Notes under the pieces: generated by a model
What the model saw: the letters and a program-made list of their open reading frames with translations, nothing else
The model's database searches: none
What the model was told of the DNA's origin: nothing
Shown here: one piece after another, positions 12,830-23,442 of the stretch
Numbering within the stretch: the first letter of the stretch is position 1
Layout of the letters: each line of letters opens with the position of its first letter
Program-made: the position numbers and the translations under genes
Assembly (NCBI GenBank): GCA_030141605.1
Contig: JAQGDQ010000533.1
Coordinates: 62,001 to 126,000, forward strand
DNA: 64,000 nucleotides
From: Tubiluchus corallicola
Taxonomy: Eukaryota > Animalia > Priapulida
Reading direction: 5' to 3'

Positions 12830-13381
12830 TTTGATGAGTTCAGCAACACTACAGCCCGTAAGAAAAAACAGGCAAAACAGGTCATGTGACTATACCTAAA
12901 TTTGGCTTCTGACATCTGATTGGCTGTAATGAATGACAAATTTAAACAAGGTTGAAACTAAAAAGATGTCACAAACGTTATCTAGGTGCCGCCAGCACGT
13001 ACAATTGTATTTTTTACCTTTGACGATGCAGCTTTTCTTGCCTAAATGCTCGAACGCAAACACAAATCAACAAGGCTAAGAGAATGAAGACCGGGATGCA
13101 GACGAAGATAGGTACAAGTTCCTTCACCCACTTCAGTTCAGCGTCACTGACTTCAGCCACAACTATCATAAAGAAAAAATAATCACTAGGTACACTCAGT
13201 TAATAACACGTAGTGTAGTGGGGCCCCTAGGCACAACAGCTAGGGTCTCTGGGGGAGGGTGGGGGGGGGGATAATTGCATCTGTATTTTGACACTATTTG
13301 AGGCCAATTTTGGAAATAAAAACGATGAATTCTGTTGTTTAAATTGGTTAAAATTACAAGGTGCCGTGTACCTGCGCTCAT
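12374..13381 (-). CDS. Small single-pass membrane protein (113 aa, 3 exons), no recognised family
   Basis: Exons 13372-13381 (ATGAGCGCAG|gt), 13018-13162, 12374-12560; GT-AG introns, phases 1 and 2; 342 nt. Protein MSAVVAEVSDAELKWVKELVPIFVCIPVFILLALLICVCVRAFRQEKLHRQRENHSCSLANDDVYLRLLQ...SDEQLSLLSRRRRSRCEEEEDEL*. AATAAA lies ~80 nt after the stop. The 10-nt first coding exon is the least certain part. Confidence 0.68.
12781..12826. repeat. (TA)n microsatellite
   Basis: Direct dinucleotide run. Confidence 0.95.
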
Positions 13382-13444
13382 AAAACTATAAGTTATTCCG
13401 ACGAAGTGACGGAGTACAGCATTGTTGAATAATTAATTAATTAT

Positions 13445-13850
13445 CAGGGGCGGATACAGGTTTTAGAACAACGTGGGGCCCAACAGAAAAGCAGTTAGGG
13501 GATCTGGAGGAGCGGTGTAAGCTCCCCAGTGAGGTTCACCCGGACAACAATACATTTTACTGCATTTTAGACCACTTTTCTGCCTTCTAGAAGCCACTTC
13601 CTCAAAGAAACTCACTAGTTTAGAACAGGTGTCACCTCACATTTGACTCAAAGTTACATACCAATATATTGATATACACGCACGTAACTTTCATCTGTTT
13701 TCTTGTGCTCTATTATTTTTACAGGTATAAGGCACCTTTAAGATTTAGCAAATCGTTCTAATGCTTCTAATTCAGAGAAAATATTAATTTGGCGTGTTGT
13801 AACTGTTACTGTAAGTGGGGGCTTGGGCCCACGCCCTAAATCCACCTCTC
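13445..13850. mobile_element. Degenerate hAT-like non-autonomous element
   Basis: CAGGGGCGGATACAGG left end versus CCTAAATCCACCTCTC right end, with a GC-rich subterminal GGAGCGGTGTAAGCTCCCC. Confidence 0.45.
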
Positions 13851-14122
13851 ATTCATGCCTATAAAGATTTTCCCAGTTTAGAACTAGTTAGGCTCACATG
13901 CACTGCTGAAATTAATTAACAATTAAGAGTAACTGAGTTATTTCATTTTTACTGTAATTAAGGCCTAATTTGGCCTGTAGACTGGGGACCTCCGGGACAT
14001 GGGGACCCATAGACAGGTGTCTAATGTGCCTAAAGTATAATTCGCAATAAAGGATAATTAGGCCTATGCCTCAGACTCTGTACATTATTTAAAGAGATTT
14101 AGGCCTATAAGGTATTATTTAA

Positions 14123-14155
<33 letters not shown>

Positions 14156-15229
14156 GTCATCATACGCCCGTCACGTCTATTGTAGACATTGGGCGGGCAG
14201 AATTCTAAGATAAAAGAAATCTGCCTTCAGACAGGTAAACGCAGCAGTAATCCAGCAAAAAGCTAGACACTGCTACGGCAGTGGCTTGTCAGCACCACCT
14301 CCGTTAATTAATTAATTATTTAATTAATAATAAAAATATTCGATTTCAATAACACCTACCATCATCATCATTCATGCTTTCTTCTCACCATTTTACTAGT
14401 GATGTTTTCTCACATTAGGCCTATATTCTTGCACTTAGGCCTAAAACGTTCCAAACACGTCCGTTGTTTTCCGATGATATCCGTTACTTGTGCGGCTTTA
14501 GGTGTACAAGTATTTTTAGTATTTCATAAAAACATCCCAATGATTACAACCTATATTTTCTCTTTTGGTGTATACGAATCTAACAAGAAGTGGAAATATT
14601 TAAACAATGTTTTCTAATGTTTAAAGGTATTCACATACTAAGATTCATACTTTTGCCAAAAACGCAAAAGTTACCACGGTGACAGATGTTTACACTAAAT
14701 CACACAACGATTAACATTGCAATTCTTAGCAAATTTCAAACATTTTACGTGTGCACATTGTAAACTATAAATGGCGACGTGCAGACGAAGAATGCTGGGA
14801 AATATGTTGTTTTACACATGAAGATTACTGACGCATGTCCCAGCTTAGGTTGAGATGCCAAGCATGTAAAAATGTCCCTGGCAATCACACCAGTAATCAG
14901 TTTCTCGTTACACCCTGAAGACATGGCGGCGAACATAAAATTTTTTATGGATACAAGCACTTCTCGAAGCTGCTGCATGCTTTTTTAAATATTTGAGAAG
15001 GTATAATTTCTATGCATTCCTGCTGCATGCTTTTTTAAATATTTGACAAGGTATAATTTCTATGCATTCGTACGGATAAAAAACTGGTGACCCGATAAAT
15101 GCGTTCGTTTTTATTAGAAATCTATTCCTCGTGGCTGTCCCAATGATTGCATACCTACATTAAGCACATAAATTTTATGAATTTATGAACGTATGTAAAA
15201 TGCGTGTGCGGATATGCATTTAGTCATAA

Positions 15230-16195
15230 ACAAATAAAAACAAATTCGACTCGAACTATTGGTCGAGGAACTCGCTGAACTCAATGTCAATGCCATGCCG
15301 GCATCTTGAATTTAAGAATGCACATTAGAAATCTGACTCTGTCAATCGATGCAGAATCCATTCTAGTATATTCTTGCTTTGTTCGACCCATTACGACATG
15401 GTGGAGTTTTACTCTTTTCTTTAGGGTGATGCTATTGCTGCTATCTAGAATTCAAGATGGCAGATCAAAAATCTACTCCGTTATTTAATGCAGAATTTGT
15501 TCTAGTATATTCCTGTATTCTAGTATATTCCTGTAAAGTTGTATGTATAATGGTCTGTTGTGAACTGGCAAAGCCTTAGGCATCTTCGAAAACGATGCCT
15601 TCGCTGCCATCTTGAATTCAAAGTGGCAAGTCGAAAATTCGAGTTCGTCAGTCGATGTGGAATTCGTTTCTGTGTACTCCAGCAAAGTTTCATGAGGGTC
15701 CGTTGCGAATTGGCGCAGTTTTAGGCATTTTTCGAAAATTAAGTTATAGCCACCATCTTGAAATCAAAATGGCGAATCGAAAATCAGATTTCGTCAGTCG
15801 ATGTGAAATTTGTTCTAGTATATGCATTTTCATTGCAATCCGCCACGAATTCACGGAACCTTGGTGTCCTTTCCTTCATTCCAGAACAACATCGAGACGA
15901 GTAGCGATTTGGATGGAGTCCCTGACTCCCCAGTTTAACACTATTTATCGTTCAAATTCTTAACAGTTAAGCATTGTCTCAAAATTGCTCCACATTAAGT
16001 TTATTATATCGACCCTCACAGTCCCCTAGTACGCATGCGCTAAACTTGACTTCAATTGGCGTTCGAGGTATAAATGTAAAATATTCCTTCAGACAAATCG
16101 CCAGGCGAACCAGTGCAGTGTGTAACACGCACGCAGATACGCATACGCACGGACGTACACGCATTTCCAGCTGCAGAGAAGTCTATTAGTTAAAA
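15230..16195. mobile_element. Helentron/HINE-like non-autonomous element with internal degenerate repeats
   Basis: Repeated GCCATCTTGAA / TTCAAGATGGC and TTCGTCAGTCGATGTG units, and a subterminal (ACGC)n microsatellite at 16125-16162. Boundaries are approximate. Confidence 0.4.
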
Positions 16196-17239
16196 ATAAT
16201 AGCTGTAGAAGTACATGCAGAATCATAAGCAATAATCACATTGGAGATATCGAATAGAGGAAACGTTTTTTATTATGTCGTTTATTAGGTTAAACTTTCA
16301 AAATATATCACTAACTATATATATAAATTGACTACCTAATTTAATACATCAACACACTAAGTATATAACAGCACCAGATAAGGTAAAGATAAGATAAGAT
16401 GCAGTTTATTCCAGATAAAAAGCCATAATATCAACAAATAATAAAAATTACTACATATGCACAATATCTGTCACGTCACACACTCACACACACGCGTGCG
16501 CGCGCGCGCGCGCACACACACACACACACAATACTGCAATAATAAAATTATTTGCAGATAATAAATTTATCAAAATTTTAAAGTATTTAAGATATTGAAG
16601 ATTTAAAGATTATTAAACACAGTATTAAAGATTTAAAATTAATAAGTGTTTTGTGTATATTGGAGATGTACACCATATTTATTGGAGGTGGGGGCAATAA
16701 GCCTTGATGTCAGGGAGCCTGTTTTCAAGTTTATCGCTTCTCGAATAGTCTCCAGTCTCTAGGTTCTGCGCATGCTCCAAACATGGAGACATCGGAAAAG
16801 GTTGCCAGCTGTTGGGCTTCATAATTCCCAGTTTTAATCTAAAGCTAATCCTGATCCTAGTGGCAGGACTTATTCTATTAGTAGGAATTAAAATCAAATA
16901 CAACATTTTGGGTCTATTCCACGCGCTGGCTTCATTATTTTGCTGCATGTAATGACGTCACATTTGTAAAAAAAAATAACAAAAAAGTCTGCATTAAAAA
17001 TCAAACTTTAAAAATTCCTTCTTCAGGGTACTCATGTTCAGAACTTAACCTGGAAGAAAGATTGTCAAAATCCGAAAGCTTGGTTTTTAAAGCAAAATTT
17101 TATGGGTGTTATTTCTTTATTGATTTTTTGCTATCAGATCACACTTGTTTGGCCTTCACTGCCTCACTCTGGCAGTGAAGAGTTTAAAAGTGCGCGGTTC
17201 AAAGTATTTTTGCTTAATAGCTTCATGATCTACTGCGTC

Positions 17240-17360
17240 GGGATCACAGAGCTAATAAGATCGGTGTACTCTAGACGTAACGCGACCTGGGAGGTCGTGA
17301 GTTCAATCCTGAGGCCGGGTAATACCAAAGACTTAAAAAAATTTTACCTGCTGTTACTAC
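17240..17360 (+). mobile_element. tRNA-derived SINE, MetaSINE-like (copy 2)
   Basis: CCTGGGAGGTCGTGAGTTCAATCC (B box) followed by CCGGGTAATACCAAAGACTTAAAAAA..TACCTGCTG; matches copy 1. Confidence 0.65.
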
Positions 17361-17445
17361 TTGAGTTTCTTTTATGTAATTGTAGTTTGTTATTTACACT
17401 CGGCGATGAAAGCCTTATGGTAGGCTTGTGTTGTCTGTTTACTTT

Positions 17446-17455
<10 letters not shown>

Positions 17456-17539
<84 letters not shown>

Positions 17540-17591
17540 CGTCGTCGTCGTCGTCGTCGTCATCATCATCATCATCATCATCATCATTATT
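17456..17591. repeat. Compound microsatellite (TAT)n(CGT)n(CAT)n, probable retroposon tail
   Basis: Preceded by the stem-loop AAGCCTTATGGTAGGCTT and AATAAA. Confidence 0.9.
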
Positions 17592-18193
17592 AAAAACATT
17601 TCTTTATGGTACGGGCTGAATGAACCACAATCTTGGACAAGCGAAAATAATTATTGAAACTTCGTTCAATATACAAATTTGAAATGAAACTGAAAGTGCA
17701 ATAAAAATTGCATAAACTGCGTGTATTACAATAATTAATTATCAGCTTAACAATAAATTAATAAATTAGCTAACATTTTAACAGTTATTGTCCAACAGCT
17801 GTAGTATCTAGACATCTTCAACTGCGAAAGCGGATGTAAAAAATAATTTCTTTTCGATTAAAATTGTTGTTGCAAAAGCCATATTTAGGTATTTTTAGTA
17901 AATGTAACCCTATTCACAATGGACTTGGAAGCAGAGAAACGTAATCTCAATAACAGCACTAACACCAAAGATATGGTTGAAAACATCATCTTGTATTCAG
18001 GCTCGTTACACAGTGACGTTTCAGGCAAACCAAACATAATCTGATGATAGGTTCTTTTATTAAAAGACACAAAAGATACAATTAATTTTTTCAATTGCAC
18101 TGCAATAATTTTTCAATACCAACACAATTATAGTTTTTTTTTAATCCAATCCAATATGTCTGCAGGACTGTTGACTCATCAAGTCATCCAGGA

Positions 18194-19135
18194 TTAAGAA
18201 CGATGGACCAGCTTCCTGAAAGCTTGTCGAAACTCCGAATTCCGAGAATAAACTATCGGATTGACGACAATTCTGGAAAACCATACCATGTGCCCGGCAA
18301 CGAACGGCCAAACAGGAGCACGATAGAACGAACAAATAAATTCAAAGATTACTTGAAAAAAATTAAAAATCAGAAAGGATATCAGCACTAGTCCTATAGT
18401 TGCTGTGGCCTTGTGCTGAGTCCTACATCTCCTGACTGCCTCTCTGCACTGACTTGATGTCGTCACGGGCGTCTCGTTGGAAGTGACCTTGCGAGCCTGT
18501 TGTATGGCAGTGCGCCAAATTATTCCATACACCACTATAAGGCAAAGAGCTGGTACTATGTAGAGCAGACTTAGCAGAGCAACGCCTGAAGTGAAACGTA
18601 AGTACGACATGAAGCAAGGTAGTCCTGTCTTGATCCAGCCTGGCACCACAAAAGCTCCTACCACTACTGCAGCCAGTAACCAAGCAAAGACGACAGATAT
18701 AGCAGCTCGTGGAGCAGAAATCAAATCCGTGTGGCGCATCGGGCGAAAAATGGCCACGCATCTTTCTAGAGCGATCAGCCACAGCAGGTAAAAGTCAATC
18801 GTACTTAAAAACCACCACACAAGCAATGCATAACAGGTGATGACGTAGTCCATGTCACGTCCATCTCGTAGCAGCAATGTCAGCCGATATAATGATACAG
18901 GAGCCCACCACGAGACATACAGCAAACTCTCTACAGACAGTGCTGTAATACCGTAATGTCTCGGACTTTGCAAGTGTTTAAATTTGATAATAGATGTCAG
19001 CACCAGCGTACTGAGACAACAGATGAGAACTGAAACGACGACCACATAAAATGAGTAAATTATATAAGGAAGAATGTCTTCTGGTTCTTGGATTTTGTAA
19101 GTTCGATTGAAAAGAGATTCATAGAAATCCACCAT
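18194..19135 (-). CDS. Intronless class A (rhodopsin-family) GPCR, 313 aa, olfactory/chemoreceptor-like
   Basis: Seven hydrophobic segments. LQSPRHY after TM1, IALERCVAIFRPMRH (DRY region), AWLLA in TM4, HKATATI before TM6, NPIVY (NPxxY) and helix 8 NSEFRQAFRKL. Start context AAAATGG. Confidence 0.95.
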   Translation of the reverse strand: MVDFYESLFNRTYKIQEPEDILPYIIYSFYVVVVSVLICCLSTLVLTSIIKFKHLQSPRHYGITALSVESLLYVSWWAPVSLYRLTLLLRDGRDMDYVITCYALLVWWFLSTIDFYLLWLIALERCVAIFRPMRHTDLISAPRAAISVVFAWLLAAVVVGAFVVPGWIKTGLPCFMSYLRFTSGVALLSLLYIVPALCLIVVYGIIWRTAIQQARKVTSNETPVTTSSQCREAVRRCRTQHKATATIGLVLISFLIFNFFQVIFEFICSFYRAPVWPFVAGHMVWFSRIVVNPIVYSRNSEFRQAFRKLVHRS

Positions 19136-21224
19136 TTTTGTTTAGAAGATTTAGCTTTTCGATCTTGCAGGCAATAATCTCAAAGAAGCCAAGCAACATA
19201 AATCTGCAATACTCTTTTGATTACTTGAACTACTTTTGGGTAACGTTTGCATCCGTTCAATTACATTATCAACACTTTTTACACTGTTAATAACAACATG
19301 TCAGTTGGACGAAAACCAGTACGAGGATTCAGATAAGGATGAGCATTTTCACGTAATTTACAATTAGCATGGCGTCAATTTGGTTTCAAGCTCATGCCCG
19401 TTTAGTAAGACATTGTCTTCCAGCTTCTTTTGTGTGTCGTTTTTACAGCCAGGGCACTTGAACCAAACCGAAAACGTTGTTTGTAAACAAAGCGATTATG
19501 TTCGTCATTTCTTCCACGTTTACTGAGTGAGTTTAATACGAGTTGAAAGAACTTTTACTAAAAGTTTTTTGTAATTATATCTCCACTGCACAGACTGAGC
19601 TGTCAAGAGGCCTGCGAAATGTTTGATCACTACATTCATTTTCCAACCACAAGGTGATTATAATAACCTAAGATATCAATAACAAAGGTGTGAAAGTCCA
19701 AACCACACCACAAAGATGTGTTCTAGCTACAGACTATAATGATAGTCACACTTCCGAGTTGCACCTGCTATGTGTCAACATTGTAAAGAGCACCTAAAAT
19801 ATCCCCATTAATGACACGCAAGTGTGCTGTGCCTATTGTCCTTATATCGACCTACGGCACCATGGTAAAAACCCAGATGAAACCCAGTAAAAACCAAATA
19901 GTCTTCTGGATATTTTGTCCTAAATCCAGTGCCTAGTTATGCATTAATTTGGCACACTAGACACCTAGGGTCGAGTGCATAGGGTCCCTTAAGTATTGGG
20001 CGCCTCAGTTTGAAGGCCATAATGGCAGCAAAATAGAAATAACTCAAAACCAAGTGTTTTTACACTATTGACACTATTAATTAATACTTGTGAGCCCTTC
20101 TAGTTCTAAGTTGGGGTAAGCCTAAAGTTGTAAGCATACAAACATCGATTTTAGACTAATTGTACAAATAATTATTCAGCGTCGTTAGACATGGCCATCT
20201 TGGCGCCATTTTGGCGTCACTGCCGACGCACAAGTTAAGTTCAACGTGATTTCTGTTTTGCGCTAATAAATTACGCTGTTTAATAGGTTAAATTATTGTG
20301 CGCATCTTCATCCACTACCTGATTACCTTGCATCTCTAAAAACGCCTTGTAACTTATAATTGCTATAATTATAATTACATTGAGTTCTTTTTGTGCTTTA
20401 GTTGAGAACGTGTATATAATTGTAAGTACTTGATCTTTTAGTAGTTTATTGACCATAAAATTAACATTTACAGTCTTTAGCAGGGATAGCAGACAGAATT
20501 GAAACATTTCATAGACCAAAATTTTGTGCTTTTCAAATAGACAGCAACATTATACAAAGGTTAAAAAAAGTTCACAAAAACAAATTTTCATTTGATGTCA
20601 GCAAAAAACCATGATAATGACTGAGCTGAGCTTATAGAATTTTATAGAACTGTGACACTTCATTATAGTTCTTGCAAAAATTAGCGTGTTTTCTTACTCA
20701 TAAGCTTTTAAAATGTTTAAAGAAGAATGTTTGAGTACTTAACAGACAGTGTAGATGTTTGAGTCATCTGCATCAATGCCACATAACACGTCTGATATTG
20801 CACTCTATCACCAACAAAGAGCTACACCGGCGGGTGCACAACCTTGTAAGCCCACTCGTGAAAAATTTGATCCAGTAACATCGTCTGCATTTCGGTTGCT
20901 GCATGGGACATTAGGATGAATTTGTCCTATCCAGATGTGTCCTCCTTGCTGCCTTCCGTTCTCTGCCGATGAACTGGTCTCGTCCCGTTGTATTGGGGGG
21001 GGGGGGTGGTTGGTGCATACAGTCTTCTGCTGATCACATGGACCATGCCAATGACAGAGATCTGATGATGGTGCCATGGTCACTTAGGCATCCATGCACT
21101 CAAAAGTGAAGTAAGTTAGAACACAGTTTATGCACTTAAATTTATAGAATCAAAGTGAGCTTTATAATTATCAAATACGTATATAAAATTATGTATAAAG
21201 GGAATTTAAAATTTAATATAATAA

Positions 21225-21845
21225 TGAAATGCTGGTGACACCTCGCCAACCGGGGGTGGTTCGGGCCTGCAGGTACAAAGGCGGAGCTGCCTAATAATGA
21301 TTTCCACATAACCACAGTTAAACAAAGCTGAATTAAATAATGCTAACTATTTAACTGGAAAGAGATTTAAATATTACAAGGATTAAACTAACTGTGACAA
21401 GATTTTAAACAAACTAAAGAAAAACAGAACAAAGAAATTTAGTGGCGAGACTGATACCTGACTTGCCATATGCTGGGTAGTAAGGGAGCTCTAACGGGAA
21501 GTCTAATGGAAGAAACACAAGCACAAGAACCACCAACTCTGCACGACCCGATTACCACTGTAGCTCCAAAGTACAGCAGGTTTTTACCCTCCCTTTATAA
21601 CCTTCCCCAAACTAGTGTACATGTCAGAAATAGAGCCAAAGTGAAAAATGATTAGTTGAAAGCAAAAAGTTGTGAAGATTTAACCAATAAGAACCGAAAT
21701 ATTAGTAAAAGAATAACTTAGAAGACTTATGTTTGAATTACTGGTACTTTAGGGGTGACATGTAATACTAGTTTGGTAACCATGCCGTATTATGGAATAA
21801 AGGTAGAGGTTGTGCAGAGTGGGCCGCCCAAGTGCCTGCGCTACA
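21225..21845 (-). mobile_element. Probable solo LTR (Gypsy-like)
   Basis: On minus TGTAGCG...GCATTTCA (TG..CA), 621 bp, with a 4-bp ATAA duplication on both flanks and an internal TATAAAGGGAGGG. The TSD is weak evidence in AT-rich DNA. Confidence 0.5.
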
Positions 21846-21954
21846 ATAATAATAAACCTTACTTAAAGTTGGTTTGTAGATAAACAATTAACATAAGCTC
21901 AAAGAGCTTTTGGCTGACTGTAAATAACAATTCCATAACTGCATAACAGAGACT

Positions 21955-22108
21955 ATTATTGCCCCACGGTTACCCTAAATACCATGTGCTACGCAGGGTA
22001 ACAGTAGTTACCATTTTTAAAGTCTTTGGTATGACCCGGCCGCAGTACCGAACACACGACCTCCCTGACAGAAAGCTAATGCGTTACCACCAGACTGTAC
22101 CATCTGGT
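21955..22108 (-). mobile_element. tRNA-derived SINE, MetaSINE-like (copy 3)
   Basis: Minus strand: GGTGGTAACGC..GGGAGGTCGTGTGTTCGGTAC..GGGTCATACCAAAGACTTTAAAAATGGTA..GGTATTTAGGGTAA..GGGGCAATAAT. Confidence 0.72.
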
Positions 22109-22689
22109 AAAATGGAAAGTGAGAAACACAGTAGTTGAGCTGACAACAATTAAAAAATTTATTTATGCTGCTTTGTGAAGTATTTCATTTTACGTGCAAA
22201 CCATTCTTTGGCAAGATGAGGTGCAATAAAATGTAAGTTTTCCAACTATGTTGCAGTAAAATTCGCGGCTTGAGTAGCAGTTTGGTCAGGGCTATACCAA
22301 TGGGCATCTTGTGAGAAGGATGATTAAATAATAAACCCATTCATTATTGTAAAATAATTATTGTTGACAATTATAAAAATAGCTGTTAGCCATAATTATT
22401 TTTGCTGTTAAGGGCTGACATATCGAAACAGTTTTACCTATACAGTATTTTTTAGCAAAGCTCACCTGGTCTGGTAGTAGATTTGTTCTTTTCCTTCTAA
22501 ATTCTAAGGATTGGATATTGAATAATCGTAGTCTTTCTGAATTTCTGCATTTTAGTCTTGGGACTCATTTGGCGGCCCTTCACTGTATTGCCTCAATAGC
22601 TTTGCGGATTCCATACTACTGACATATATTCCAGATGAGGTGTAACTAAAGATATATAGCCTACTAAACATATTAATAACTAACATATT

Positions 22690-22856
22690 AATAAATCTAA
22701 AACTTTTGGTGACGATCACTGATTGTCTATTTGCCGTTTTTACCTTTTCGAAAACATGTTTGTCAAAAAAAGTTGTCATTCACATACATTCCAAGATCTT
22801 TTTCGACTTGTACAGGTTCAAGTTCACACATGCTATTTCTACCAGGATGCATTATT
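22690..22856 (-). pseudogene. Decayed CR1-clade LINE ORF2 C-terminal fragment
   Basis: With one frameshift it translates to MHPGRN..LEPVQVEKDLGMYVND/FDKHVFEKVKTANRQ..TKSFRF, matching the CR1 pattern MHxG..EKDLG..F..H...V.KAN....RSF. Confidence 0.7.
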
Positions 22857-23039
22857 AAATACGTTATTAAAAACTGCTATTTCCATCAGGATACGTTATT
22901 AAAAACTGCTTCATTCAGCTTAAATCCTGGCGACAATTTTAAGATTTTTCTTTCAACCACAATATTTGTATTTTTATTACACGGCGTGGTCTCAAAAGTG
23001 TCAGTTGCAATTGTAAATCAATTACGTTTGGTCCGCTAG

Positions 23040-23125
23040 TCGCTCGAACTCCGCGAAATCTTGGGACAGTTTGTCAACATTCGGGTGCTTTCGTATAATG
23101 ATGTGAAGACGCCATTGTGATTTTA
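23040..23125 (+). promoter_or_regulatory. Probable TATA-less housekeeping promoter/TSS region of RNF10
   Basis: CpG-richer patch with a YY1-like GACGCCATTGTG and a TCCGCGAAATCTTGGGA motif ~250-330 bp upstream of the ATG. The TSS cannot be determined from sequence. Confidence 0.4.
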
Positions 23126-23283
23126 CCTTTAGTTGAAGTGTTGATTGCCCGCCGTTTTCTTTGCTGGAGGAGCGAACTAATCGCCCCCAGCGTACTATAT
23201 TTTATTGCTTTAAATTCTTCAACTACTACTTACTGCATTTGTTAACGAATTGCAGCCGCATTCGTTCATTTTTTGTTGCAATC

Positions 23284-23442
23284 ATGGAGTGCTAGATGAA
23301 GATGAATTCGGGAAGCTCAGTTGATACACAGACGAGCTTGTGCTCAGGGTCTTACCCCGAAGTTATTATAGTAAATGATAGAAGAGTCCGACATGGACCG
23401 TACAGGTTCCACTGCCTCGGGTGGCAGGAGCAGTGCTGTTAG
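23284..23442 (+). promoter_or_regulatory. RNF10 leader uORFs: M-E-C-stop plus a 48-aa overlapping out-of-frame uORF
   Basis: ATGGAGTGCTAG (23284-23295, context ATCATGG) is immediately followed by an ATG at 23296 that stays open to TAG 23440-23442, spanning both in-frame RNF10 ATGs (23375, 23393). Confidence 0.7.

Noticed and set aside
17102-17593. 163-aa ORF ending in poly-Y/R/H
   Set aside because: Runs through a SINE and a compound microsatellite.
20808-21083. 91-aa minus ORF in a GC-richer patch
   Set aside because: Non-ATG start, no motif and no clear splice sites; probably decayed TE sequence.
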